DNA of 64,000 nt from assembly GCA_047495785.1 (NCBI GenBank), contig JBLDXI010000021.1, positions 1,550,001-1,614,000 on the forward strand, read 5' to 3'. The position numbers were made by a program, and so were the translations under genes. Source of the stretch: Lepidodermella squamata (lineage: Eukaryota > Animalia > Gastrotricha). The notes under the pieces are model-generated. The model searched no databases and had not been told where the DNA came from. It saw only the letters and a list, made by a program, of their open reading frames with translations. Positions 24,946-38,074 of this stretch are shown piece by piece. Numbering within the stretch: position 1 is the stretch's first letter; the number at the start of each line of letters is the position of its first letter.

Positions 24946-27900
24946 ATGAGACCCGAACTCCTCAATCAGCAATCGCATCATTCTACAGAATGCAATGGCG
25001 AACTGCATCAGTGCTTGACCTCAGGAGCCGCCTTGAAAGTCTTGATTTCTGACCTCGAAACCGCTGTCGGTAAATTCCAAGAGCAAAACAAACGGACATT
25101 CGCTTCTGTACTCAAATCAGTCTACGAAAATCCGTTCTCCTTCTGGCCAAATTTCATCTACTCACTGCTGGTCATCGCTCTTGCACTTGTAGTATTCGTT
25201 TTCTCATCTGATTCGTGGTTCTTGATTGAAGCGGCGTTGTTTTTTCTCGTCGTTTGCGTCAATTTATTCTTCGTCATCATCGACTCGGTTTTTACCCGCG
25301 AGGAGTTTGCACTAAAAATCAGCCGTCTTATCGACCACTTGAAGTCGCTTGATGACACTAAATTAAGCTTTTGCGATTTAAGGAATATCGAATTTTTCCC
25401 GTCGTCCTCAATTTCCAGGGTCGTGCGAGATGATCAGGTGATAGTCGTACCGTCAGCTGTTACAGTTCGCGGCGATATTGTTGCTTTATTGCCTGGCGAA
25501 AGACCGCCGTGCCATGCAACTCACTTACTTGAATATTCTCCTCCTCTGGAAAGACACCATCCGTGTGCAACTGAGTCGATCGATTCCGGCCTGAAAGCTT
25601 CAGACTTGCTATCGGACCGGACCAGCATTGTCCCGTATCCGAGTAACGCGTATTACAAGTTGAATGAAACACCGATTGTTGAGAAAATAAAAGAAAAATT
25701 GTTCTCCCGCAAACAACATCTGCCCCCGCCGATTTTGCGGTTGATTTATTCCGTGAGACGGTGGCATTTTTTCGTGGTAGTACCAGCTACCATAGCAGTG
25801 TCGGTTATTTTTGTTGCATTGATGAGCTTCATCCACGGCTATGATACTCTGCAAAGCATTGTCTGCGACTTATTTCCGTTCATAATCCACTCGGTCTATG
25901 CAATTTCGATACCGTTTTTGCCGACCATTTTGACGATTTTGCGCATTCATGGTAACGCGTTGATTGTCGACGAATCAAAACGCCTGTTGAGTACGCGAAA
26001 TGAGCGGGCTGATTCAGGCGCAGATGAGGCTTATGAGCATGTCGAAGTAATTCGGCCGACTGATTTATTCACTCAATCGAAAATGCTAGTATTTCGAGAT
26101 TTGCTCCTCGGTCGTTTGCCCGAGTCGTTACCTCGCACCGGCAATATTTTATTCGGCTTCGCAAATTTGAACTATTTATGTGCTATTGATAAAGAAGGCG
26201 TGTTGTCTTGTCCAAAACCTGTTCTGCAAAAATTGCTAATTTTTTCGTCTGCTCAACAAGGAGGCACGTTATCGTCTCAGGCTTCGGCTTCGAATGCGAA
26301 TATGCCGAGAAATGTCAGTTTCGGCACTTTCATGAGCTCCGACACGGTCTCGTCCGCTCAGGGCAAACATTGCCGTCTCGAAACTCTGCACGCAATCACT
26401 AAAATGCAAAATGGCACTCTGCATCTCGATTTTGATGAAAAACAATGGTTTCGACATTTGGGAGTCCTCAAGGCGATTGGGCTCAATATGGTGGTCACGT
26501 CATCGCAAATTTACAATGACAGATGCCGATCGTTCGTCAACTACCTCAACAGGTATACTTTTTACTTCATTTTATCGTTAGACAACGGAGTGATCAGAAT
26601 ACACATTGCGCATGCGTAATTGATACGAATTAATTGATGATATGTATGAACAATTCACAAAGCATATATTTGAGCTTTCAACGCAGAGAGTTGCAGAGAG
26701 TATCTGATGGTTGATGGTATCGATCTACTTGATAGTTGGTCGCTTTAATTAGCAACGTAGCAGAAATTTCAAAAAATCGTTTGAAATTCATGAAATTCAA
26801 TCAAATTAATCACAGTCATTCAAATGGATCAGCTCATGCTGACGGCTGATTTCGTTTACAGATTAACTTTGATGATTTTTCTAATTTTAGTCCGTTCTTC
26901 CGTTCCATCGTCGACTCTCCTACAACAATAACACCACCTCCTGTTTCGAACGGCCCTTCAATTACAGCCGCCAACCACCTGGATCTGGTCAACATGCACA
27001 CTTTTATGCCCCTGACTGAGCGAATTGGCTTCCGAACCGAGCAAACCCTGGCGAATTACAAAGTTGAGGAATTCGTCGGAATTTACTCATCCGCTTTTCC
27101 CTCGCCTCTTCGCCGCGCTTTTGCCACGGTTTGCCGCGATTTGACAACGCCTTCGATGGCAAATGCTCATCAGTTGTTCTGTCAAGGCCATCCTGATCTC
27201 ATTTTAGCAATGTGCTCTGACTTTTGGGACGGTACTGATTTACATCCATTTACTCCTGGAATCAGAGCGCGAGTGAAAGATTTCTGCAATCGAAGGTAAA
27301 AGCATAACCACCCACCTTAATCTTTAATTAATATTCTCTATTTACAGCTCACAAACAGGATATTGTGTAGCGCTATCATATGCTCCATTGTCTCATCCAT
27401 TACGGCCATTCACTAATGACGCTTGCTTGAGATTTGTGCCTCGAAACGAGTTCCCTCCATCTGCCTCCGCCAGTCCAATGATGGCTGCGAGCGCGCACAA
27501 TCTTGCGCCTCGCTGGGCTGACTTCGTCGAGGAAGGAAATCAGATTTTCATCGGCGTTGCCGTTCTTCAATCCCAACCGCTCATGCCTGTCATTCAACTC
27601 GTTCAAAATCTTAAGGCGGCTTGTTCGCGTTTTGTTTATTTCTCACGCGAAAGTGAACTGATGAGCCGAGCCTTCGCCGAAAAATTGGGCGTTGAAGCGA
27701 ATTGGAACTGCTTCATTTCACTAGCTGAGCCTAAAGATCAGGGAACGACCAGCGCGGCGAATCAAAATGAGCAGGCTGAAAATGATGAAACAGCGCAATT
27801 ATTGACGAGACCTTCTGGAATTTCCACCTCCATTTCCTGCGCTCCAGCTGTAGTTTTGGCCAAAGAAACGTCGAGCGGAGCCTCTAGCCGAAGTGGAAGT

Positions 27901-29604
27901 CCGACCACTGATGGATACAACCCGGGGAGGAGGCAGCGCCAAGTTTCAACAGCGAGTGGTGCCCCTGTCATTTCGATTAAAACATCATCAAGCGCTCCTA
28001 ATTTATCACTATTTTGTGTCGGAGAAAACGGAGAATCAGAAGTATTGAACGGCCGGACAAGCCCACTTGGAGTGCCGGGCGGCAGTAGTAATGCGGAAAC
28101 GGGGGATGAATTATCGTCACATGCCAGCACTGATTTGATAAACGTGATTGAAAATCGCGCTCAGTTACCCCGAGGCATTAAGGAGGTTCGGCCTCATCTC
28201 GCCGAATGTGACAATGTCCCGCTTCTAGTGTCGCTTTTCACGGACTGCACGCAAAATTCTACGGATGAAATGATGTCGATTATGGCAGAAAACAACGGAG
28301 TGGTTTGTTCTCTTGGCTCGTCGATGGTTGCTGATAACTTCCTGAGTTTTGCTCGAACTGATTGCGCAGTTTCAGTCGTGCCTATCGCTCCGTCAGCGCC
28401 GAATCATTTCAAGACGCTGTCATCGAGCAACGGTGGCAGTTTCGTGTTGACTGGTTCTTCGACTATTCCAACAATGAATCTATCTCAGCAGTAAGTTTTT
28501 ACGCATTTTCTTAGAATGGACTAGAAAAACTGACGGTTTTTTTCCAGGTACTCGGCTGCACTTTCAGCCGGTTTGCAGCAACAAGCTCGTGACATGCACT
28601 GCGATATTGCATCTCGTCTTGTCTCGCTGCCATGTTCATTGACGATTCGACCAAACCGAATCTGTTACCTGCTTCAACTACTCGCTCAGTGCCGTCACTA
28701 CGTCCAGTCAATCAAACAAGTTTTCTTCTATGCCGCTTTCGCATATGGTACCATGGTATTTGCCCATCTCGCGCATCTGATGGCCGATCGTCCGATGCCT
28801 GTGTCTCCTCTTCAGTTTATGTGGCTGAGTCTATTCGCTATACCTGTTCTATCGAGTTCAATGATTACTGCTCCCATCGATTCTGATATTTTGACTCAAC
28901 CGCCTCATCGTGCGAGAGTTACTTCCGCTACCGTAGCAGCTACGATTTGCTACTTCCTTGCTACTTTCCTACCGGCTGTACCACTCTGCTTGGGACTAAC
29001 TGTTCTGTTTGATTATTTTATGTGGAGCGAATTTCAGGGAAAATCTGTTCCATTAATTTGCGCCGAGAGCGATTATCAAATTTTGGATGCTGGTAATGCA
29101 ACTGTTAGCTTGCTGTCATTTCCAACTTACTACCAGTTCATCCCACCATGGTGGAAAATTGCTGGACCTTTGCCGAGCAATTGCTCGGTAAATCCGATTT
29201 TCGCTCAAAATTTCGTGACATTATCATCTGAATTATCGTCAATGTTTCTCGGGCTTTACGTCCTGCTGCTAGCTACTGGTTTCGTCTTTCCTTTAGCGCC
29301 TGTGTGGTCGCGGAATCCTGTTAAATTGTCGCGTCCTTTCTGCACCATTTTGTTGACTTCAATCATCGGGACTGTTCTACTCGCGCTTTCGCACATTTTT
29401 CTCGCTACTTATGACAGAGAGGCGACTCCGTCGTTTCGCGACGTTAACCCATTTTCATGGCTTCTTGCTGTCGTTACGCCGCTGATAATCGCTTTGCCTG
29501 CTCATGAATTGTTCAAAATAAGGCGGATAAAGAAAATTCTGCGACAATTGAAGCGAATTCGGTTAGAATTCAACACTCGGCTCGGTTTGAACTCGCCATT
29601 CTAA
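24946..29604 (+). CDS. TMEM94: Transmembrane protein 94 (P-type ATPase-like, KIAA0195), multi-exon
   Basis: VRGDIVALLPGE, CAIDKEGVLS, CSDFWDGTDLHP, RFVYFSRESELMSRAFAEKLGVEANWNCFISL, NRAQLPRGI..VRPHL..DNVPLLVSLFTDC, C-terminal LEFNTRLGLNSPF. Confidence 0.93.
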
Positions 29605-30014
29605 ATTTGTTTTTGTTTGCATTACTGCTTCTCTCAACCCGCTGCTGAAATGATGAATAGTCAATATTATTGAAGCTCACTAATCATGTTGAAATAATTA
29701 TCTGGAGACAATTGATTGATAAATCTTAGTAAAATGACGAGTTTGTTTAATTTTCCACTCTTTCAACGTTCTGTTTTACGATATTAAGAATGACGACTTG
29801 AAAATTGTGGTTTAGCTATTAATTTTAGTACATAATACAATGTGATTGATTGCCAGATATTAGTGTCTTGCGTGAGTTCTGTACTTTTGTATCTTATGAT
29901 CACCTAATTTAAGGAAGGTGAAATTTGAAAAAATGAAATACTGAATTTGAATTTGAATTTCTTATTTAGAATATTTTATAATCCTTTTATTTGTATCCCC
30001 GGTTAACACGAAAA

Positions 30015-30805
30015 ATGACAGGTGTCCAGCAATACGACCATCTATTCAAAGTCCTAATTATCGGCGATAGCGGTATGTTTTTACTGTCTTTCTGAAGTTA
30101 TGTCCAAATCCTTCGATTACAGCCGTTGGAAAGACCAGCCTAATGAATCGATTCGCTGAAAATTTATTCGTTGGTGAGTTATTTACGCATCAGTCGAATT
30201 AATTGGATTTTACATTTTCTTTATAGCCACATATATTTCTACAATTGGCGTTGATTTCAAGCTGAAAAATATTGTTGTCGATGGAATGAGGGTGAAACTT
30301 CAGATCTGGGACACAGCTGGTCAGGAACGTTTTCGCACAATTTGCGCCTCGTATTATCGCGGAACCCACGGAATTATCGTCGTATATGATGTCACTAACC
30401 CCGAATCGTTCGCCCACGTGAAGCACTGGTTAGAAGAAATCGAGCGAAATTGCGATGGAATAGCTAAGGAGAGCGTGATTCTCGGTAAATTTCCTAACTT
30501 TTCTTTGTACTAAGACTACATTTTATGTTGCAGTTGGTAATAAGGATGATGATGTTGAGAACAAACAAGTTCTAACTCGTGATGCGGAATCTTTCGCTCG
30601 CCAACTAAATCTGCCATTTTTCGAAACTTCTGCCGCTTCAGGCAAAAATGTCGAGGAAATGTTCAATTCATTGACTAGGTTGTGTGTCGCCGCGAAAAAA
30701 CGCAGCGCCCCTCGACAAGGTAACAGCCCGCAGGGTCAGCAGCAAGGCATCAGAATCGGCGGAGAACCTTCGAGCAAAAGTGAAGGCAAAAAGAAGTGTT
30801 GCTGA
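30015..30805 (+). CDS. RAB35: Rab GTPase, Rab35-like; 4 exons
   Basis: [56 protein letters not shown]-terminal KKKCC prenylation site. Confidence 0.85.
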
Positions 30806-31464
30806 TTTTAAGGACCTGTTATCGTACTTTGCCGAGATATTCCTATAATTTAGACAAATTTAGTCTATTTGTAATCGTCTCTCATTTTTACGATGAAATA
30901 GAACAATGCATTTGAAGTTTACGCGCCGTTTTGTTGAATTCGCTGATGGGTGCGCTTTTCTCTGCTTTATTCCCCGAAACTGCTGTCAGTCCGTTGAAAA
31001 CCAAGAAAATCACGTTAATCAAGCAGTATTTATGTTTGTCAGTGAAAAATCTGCTCGGTTTTGAATTTTTACGACGTTCCATTGTGCGTGCTTTTTGAAA
31101 TTTTTCTGTCAAATAATGGGATTACTCTGAGAAAAAGATGACGAATTGATGGTTTGCAATCGTTTCTTACCGTGTCATAGTCCAATATGTTATGCTTTTT
31201 CACGCTGCTAAGTTCACAATCTGCTGTAATAGACTTGATGTGCCTTCTTCCACGCGATTATTATTATTTTGAGCGACGCTTCGAACGATGCGATATTGTA
31301 ACTATTATTGTCATACAAAGACTTTGTGTTATATTATAAATGAAAATGCACCACTTTTATGGTTGAAGGATAACGAAAAGTGAAAAATTAACGAATAAAA
31401 TGATCGTTGAAAATCGCGTTTTTATAGCAATTCCTATGCCGAAAATAGATTGTTTTACAACAAA

Positions 31465-34400
31465 ATGTTAGCCACAAAATTTGGACAAGTGCGTCGCGTT
31501 TCGAGTCTAGCTGCCCTTGTTAATGCCGGTGTCCGCTCCAAACCTAGCGCAGCTCCGAGCGTAGTTCGTTGTGTACATTTACGAAATGAAAACTTGATTC
31601 ATGTTGATCTTGCAGGGTCTTTTTGGTTTCGAGCAGCTTCGGGATCCAATAGGGTTTGAAACACTCACAGAAATGGCACTGACCAAAACAGAATTGTTGC
31701 GCCAGAAGGTCATAAATTTGCCGAAACAGACGCTAAAAGCAAATGTTGTCGAGCTATTTGACGAAATGTCGGATTCGCTATGCCAAGTCGCAGATATGGT
31801 GGGAACTTTTTAAGGCAAATAGAAATAATATGTTTTATACCAGCACTTTTAAGGCGGAATTCGTACGTTTGGCCCATCCCAATATCGATTACCGGCGAAG
31901 TGCGCAAAACGCTTGCGCGAAAATTGGCAGATATGTCGAAGAGCTGAACACTGACGCTGACCTGTATAAATCTTTCAAGCAAGAGCTTTCGAAGCTAAAA
32001 GACCCGACGGATTCGCGTGTGGGCCATCTCTTCCTCGTTGATTTCGAACAAAGCGGCATTCATTTGCCGGAAGATCGACGCGCTGCGTTCGTATCCTCCA
32101 GCGAGAAAATTCTCACGCTGGGAAGTGTTTTCCAACAAAATGTTGATATGCCAACTTTGGTCGATGTATCTCAGCTGCCTAAATCACTTGGATCGTCGTT
32201 GGCGCGCTTTTTCACGTATGACCCGAAGACCAACTCAATGGCCATCGATCGAGTTTTGGCCGATTCGCCTGATCGCAATATCCGAGAGGCGACTTATCGT
32301 TTGTTTTACGCGAAAAATGAGCAAGTTGACGATGTCATCAAACTTCTGATGAATGAACGCCATTCCTTGGCACAATTGTCGGGTTTTGACAATTTTGCCA
32401 CTCGCACCATCGCCCCGAATACAATGGCCGGAAATGTTGAGTTTGTTAAGGAGGTTGTTCAAAGAGTTTCAGAAGCGATTCGGCCAGCTGCTGATAAGGA
32501 GCTAGCTGAAATCGCAGCTGCGATGAAAAAAGACGGCATCGACCAACAAGTGGCTCCTTGGGATTTGATTCATTATGCGCGGAAAATTCGGGCGGATATG
32601 CTAGATGACGAAGCGGGCTACAAGCAGTTGAAAGATTTCTTCTCGTTGGGGTCAGTCTTGGCCGGCTTGGATAAGCTATTCGGCAATCTTTATGGGGTTC
32701 ATTTGAAGCTTGAAGTTCCTGCGCCAGGAGAGCTCTGGTCTGATGAAGTTTTCAAGTTGGTAAGTTCATGGTTACCCATTGAAAAAAGAAAGATGGAGGT
32801 AATGGTAGAAACGCCTGCCAATTCATTGAAGCAATAATTATTCGGGTCTGCAATTTGCACCCCGCGAGGGTGTATCCGATTTTACTCGCTTTACTCGCTC
32901 CGACTTCACTCGATTTTACCAAATTCAAACGGTAAAGAACTATGAATAAGCCGTGTTTGCTGGAAACGATGCAACACTGTTTCAAACGCAAGTAATTAAA
33001 CAAGGTGAAATGTGAGCTAGCCAGATTACATGAGCAATTTTGAGCAAGAGATTATTAGCAAAATTGTTCTGATGAATAGAGTTAATGGCTACAATTTTTC
33101 ATTCGTCACTGGGTTTCGGCGCAATTCATAATTAAAATCGCCCTCAATTATACTTTCATATATCACCGTGTTTTCAGTGAGCATGTCCACAATAGAGTCC
33201 ATAGCTCCGAGTCCACAATAGAACAGTTGACTAACCAAAAAAGAAAGCGACACCAAGTTGCTTCTGATTACAACTTTATTTATAACGGGCAACGTTTCGA
33301 TCCTTGCGTGGACGCTGACTCGGGTTTTCATTTCCTCATAGAACAGTTGGTCGTTTGTAGACAGCATCAAAGGATGAGCTTTCCATGTTTCGAAGCGATC
33401 GATATGACTAGCGTTTCAAGCAGACGTAGATTTGGGATTGATAATCGCCTTGCTTTGTGGAAAGACTTCTTCATAAGGATGGCAACCGGCAACACATCTA
33501 CAATGAGCATTTTATAGCTGAAGATTACTACTTTAAAGTACTTCATTCCAACAATTTTACTCTGAACGGCTGTGTTCTTGCGAACAACGTACATGTAGGC
33601 TTGCATTACTGATTATATTTGCGGCAGCCGCAAATCTTCGGCTCGCAGCCCGTCAGCGCTACTTAGGCGATCGCGGAGGGCTGCCCACAGGTGTTTGATA
33701 AGGCGTGCAGTACTTCAAAAGAGTCGTCAGCAAACGGCGAGGCGGCACATTCAAGTTGTCGAGGCTGTTCCTATTAAAAAGGAAGGACCATAAGATTTTA
33801 TCGCCCAGCACCATGAGGTCGTCAATCTGCTGAACGTGCTGAACGTGCTGAACGTGCTGAACGTGTTCGGTAGTAGAGTTGAAAGTCGAGATGCAGCTGC
33901 GGACGTCATTTCTGGTGACGGCTCGTCGATTGGCACTGGCGTTTCTTTAAAAATATCAGATTTATGCTTCTGACCTTGACAGCTCTTCCGATTGCAGAAC
34001 AACAGTTAACCATCGTCGCCGTAGACTTCCCGTTGGTGTAGAGAAATACCACCGCATTTGCAATAGGAGCATTTGATGGTCGATTGCTCTTCAATGCTGA
34101 CTGGCTTCCAGGCGGGAGGCTTTGCACATCTATGAAATTGAGTAGGACTTTAAGAGCCGGTAGCGGCAGCCTGTTGCAATCGATCGGCAACGTGCATTGA
34201 CCGTTGTCGTGGTCGCGAAACGGGTGATGGATTAGCTGATAGTAAGCAAATCGGCAAACGATTTGACCAGCTTGACCGTTGGTACCGTTGAAAGCCCGTG
34301 TGAACCATGAGATTACGCCCTCGGAGAAAAATCGTCTAAACCATCCCAGCGACCCGTGACGTGCAGCAGATTGCGGCAAATGACCGAGAAAATGCAGTAG

Positions 34401-35841
34401 CAGAGTTTCTAATCTACAAACTCCGAGAAGAATTGGAAACATCTGCTGAAATCGGCAAATTAAACGATGCAATCGTAGCGAACTAGTGTTAGGCAAATAG
34501 TCCTTCAGCAGCGTTGGCCCGACGGGTGTAATTTTCAGAAGTTTGAAATGCTTGGCCTTCTTTGATGCGCTAAAAAGGCTAATTCATGAAGCATTGATGC
34601 CTCGTCGAATATAATCAGATCGGTTTGACGCATCAGTGAGGCTAAGGCGCTCCGTGCCGAGCTGTTACAAGTAGTATGTTCATTGGCTCCTTCGATTGGA
34701 ATTTCGAAGACGGAATGAGCATTGCGCCCATTCTGCGTTTTTGCAGAAGATGAAGCTTTCGCGTCAAAAGTTGAGCCGAAGTTTTTACTTTTCTTTTTCT
34801 ATACACTTTGTGGTTACGTTTTGAGAACTCGATTCTCTGTCATTTTTAGGCAGTGGTGAATACTTCGACCGGAGAAACATTGGGCCATATATTTCTCGAC
34901 CTGTTTGAGCGGTCTCAAAAACCTGTCATGGAATGCCACTTCACGATTCGAGGTGGTCGATCACTGCCAAGCGGTAAATACCAGACGCCAGTAGTGGTGC
35001 TCATGCTTAATTTTAACGCTCCGGGTCGAGGCAGACCAGCGTTTTTGGGCCTAGCTCAAATCGAAAATTTGTTCCATGAATTTGGCCATGCTATGCATTC
35101 AGTTCTTGGAAGGACCAAGTACCAACACGTAACCGGTACCCGTTGCCCTACAGATTTCGCCGAGGTTCCATCTGTCTTGATGGAGTCTTTTTCACACGAT
35201 CCCCGAGTCGCAGCATTATACGCGACTCACTATGAAACTGGTAAAGCTGCGCCTTCTGAAGTATTGCACAAAGCCCTGCATGGGATGAGACATGCGTTTC
35301 GGTTGATTGATATGCAACAGCAATTAGCTTACACTGACTTCGATCTCGCCCTGCACTGTCCCCCGTCTGGTTCGCCACCGCCTGTCGACGACATTTCGGG
35401 GCTATATGCCAAAATTTGGCAGAAAAATTGCGGCGTTGAAATGCCAAAAAATGTGGTAAGTTTCGGAAATTGCTCCTCGTGTTGATAAGTAAATTCATGT
35501 TCTCTTTTCCTCAGGCCCAGTATCAACGGTTTGCACATTTAGTTGGCTACGGCTCGCGATACTACTCGGTTAGTTGGCAGAATTTTTGTTCAATTTTGTG
35601 TATTTATTTTTGTGTGTTTCAGTATCTTCTGAGCCGAGCTGTAGCTGGGTTATTATGGCGGCACATGTTTCAAGATGATCCATTGTGTCTAATGACACCA
35701 TCGGGTAGTCAGCTTCGAAAACGAATGCTGGAACACGGCGGCATGGTCGAGCCGCGAAAACTGGTCGAACAAACACTAGGAATTCCTGCGTTAACCGCTA
35801 AAGACGTTGCGAATGCTGTGGTTGAACAGACTATTCAATGA
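31465..35841 (+). CDS. MIPEP: Mitochondrial intermediate peptidase (M3 family); 2.09-kb intron 32760-34849
   Basis: [97 protein letters not shown]. Confidence 0.96.
32835..34760 (-). mobile_element. Decayed rolling-circle transposon (Helitron/Helentron-like) relic, antisense within the MIPEP intron
   Basis: Minus strand 34732-34568 reads NGRNAHSVFEIPIEGANEHTTCNSSARSALASLMRQTDLIIFDEASMLH (Helitron Pif1 helicase motifs Ib-II), then HFKLLKIT. Further on SIIEGDFN (33131-33154) resembles an APE endonuclease motif. GC-rich hairpin near 32857-32873. Confidence 0.65.
33828..33863. repeat. Tandem 9-mer repeat (TGCTGAACG) x4
   Basis: Four exact consecutive copies inside the intronic element. Confidence 0.9.
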
Positions 35842-35993
35842 GAATCAATTATTTCGTCAATAGTTTCTTTATTCTCCAGCGAATTTGTGCCCTGTGATGA
35901 AATTATAGATAAATAAAACAATGTGTGCCTTCGAAATGTTCGCTTTTATTTTCTTCGCGCAAGCCCAACAAAATAAAACAAGGGCACAACTTT

Positions 35994-38074
35994 TCACTCA
36001 AGGTGCAAAATTTTGACCAAATCGCGATCTCCTTTATTTGCCAAGCAGTCTTTGACGTACATGTAGCGCTCTCGGTCCGAGTTGAAATTCCGGAAGCGAG
36101 TCAGGTTGATGGGTACAATAGATATTGCATCATCGCTACCACACAAAAACCGCCGTAACAGGAAAAATCGCAGTCGACAGGTCCACACCAAATCAAAGCG
36201 GTTCTGATAGAAATCGGACGCGCCAATCGGCACAATGAAGTGTTTACGCGTTCCTTCAACGGCCGGTATGTACAATCGAAGAACCAAATCATGATCACCT
36301 ACTTGAGCACCATTCAACTTGACCACAGATAGCAATTGAGGAAGAATTTCCAACTTTTCAGACAGATTATCAAAGCTGGTTTCATTAGTCACAACCGCGA
36401 TCATTTCTTCGATCTGGTCAAAGCACGTCGGAAAATCGGCCGGGACAAGTGGAATCTCAATTTCACAGCAGCTTTTAAGGTAATATAACATCAATTTCGA
36501 TTTTACATCGAGTAGTTTCCATTCCGTTGAAAACTCGCAGCTTTGAATCAATTCCTTCAAAGCCTTCTTATCTTCGGTCAAATGGGTAATTGAGGCTTCC
36601 AAAAACTCAGCAATGCCAACTTCATCGAGCAGCGAAGCAGAACCCACTATGTCAATAAGCGACTTGAACAGCTCAGGAACGGCAAAATTGAGTTTCACCA
36701 CGAGAAAGACGAAGGCCTTGCACTCTTCTATACTAGAGTCCAAGCTACGCCGAATATTTTCCGAAAGTTTTTTGAGCAAAATTAGCTCGTTGAGCCGTTG
36801 AAACCTGCGAGAAAAAATGAATGTTCCATTAAATGATTTCTTCTAATGAAAAACATTACTTCAAACACATATTGCTGATTTCAAGAGCGTCCAATGGCGT
36901 AAAACTATCTGCAGCTTTTTCAAGGGCAGAAAAGCATTTGTCTAGGTAGCCGGGAGTGATCCAGTCTTTGCTCAGCAATCCGACAAATTTAATTAGACTT
37001 CTGCCGGAAATCGAGCCGCTCTCAATCGCTTTCATGGCCATATCATTCAGCACGCGATTTCGAGTAATTGGCGACAGATGCTCGCCGAAATGCTGCAACA
37101 TGAGCGTCAAATTCAATTCGTCGAAAAACACGTTTTCAACGCAGAGATCGGCTGCAAATTGATCGAAGTCCTCATCGGCTCGTTTTTGGAGAAACAATCG
37201 CAGCCCGGCGTTCAAAGCCGTTGGAAGGCGAAGTGAGCTGAACTTTGCTATACATCGGGCGAGAGTCACTGCATCAGCCACTGTTAGATCGTTTATGGAA
37301 TTTTTCAACAAATTGAGAAAAATGTATATTATAGGCGTTTTGAAGGGAACTCCCAGGTCCAAAAGGCGAATAACATTCGCTATGGAAGCATTAGAAGGAT
37401 ATGACCGGCTTTTCTTGTATAAAAGGTTGCACAGCACAAGAAATCTTAAAAGGCACACTGAAATAGCGATGAATATTATTAGATTAATTTAACTTGCCTT
37501 GGATCGTCCATAATTAATGCAGGTTTGACTGTAATTCCTTTTTCGCTATCCTGAGTAGAGCTCAAGACTTTATTCCTAATATTGGCGTGGAGATATCCCA
37601 AGGCATTATAGCAATTCAGGTTATCCATTCTAGTAGCGTTTCGATGCACCAAATCCAATATCTAAACCAATTATTCAATGATGGAAAACAAAGCAGGGTG
37701 GCATCCCAAACCTTTGAGGAATCATTCGCTATAATTTCCAACTCCTTGTTTATTTCGTCAGCAACGATGAAACGAGTTCCGTATCGGCTAGATTTTGACA
37801 ACGTGTCTTTGGGGTCTCGAATAAGAGGCGAATTCCAAGTATCAACAGCCTCAACACCAACCGGAGTCGACTTCTCCGGGATTTTTATGAAACGAGAAGG
37901 TTCTGCAGAAGGAAGTCTTGAAAACTCCGATTTAGTTACTTCAGCATCCGTCTTCTTCGCAGTCTTCTCTACACTTTTTGCTGGACGTTTTACAATCCCT
38001 GAAGAAGAACCGCGAACTGTTCTGATAACTTCTCGGTAATATTTCGAGAGATTTTGACGAATCTGTCGATGCAT
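35994..38074 (-). CDS. FAST kinase domain-containing (FASTKD-family) mitochondrial RNA-binding protein, multi-exon; includes GC-AG intron 37445-37497
   Basis: Arg-rich presequence-like start MHRQIRQNLSKYYREVIRTVR; MDDPRFLVLCNLLYKKSR...LLDLGVP...LLKNSINDL resembles FASTKD helical regions; C-terminal LRFFLLRRFL...IVPINLTRFRNF..DRERYMYVKDCL is RAP-domain-like. Paralog not assignable. Confidence 0.65.

Noticed and set aside
33828-33863. Regular repeat as a possible CRISPR-like array
   Set aside because: Head-to-tail 9-mers without spacers, in a eukaryotic intron.
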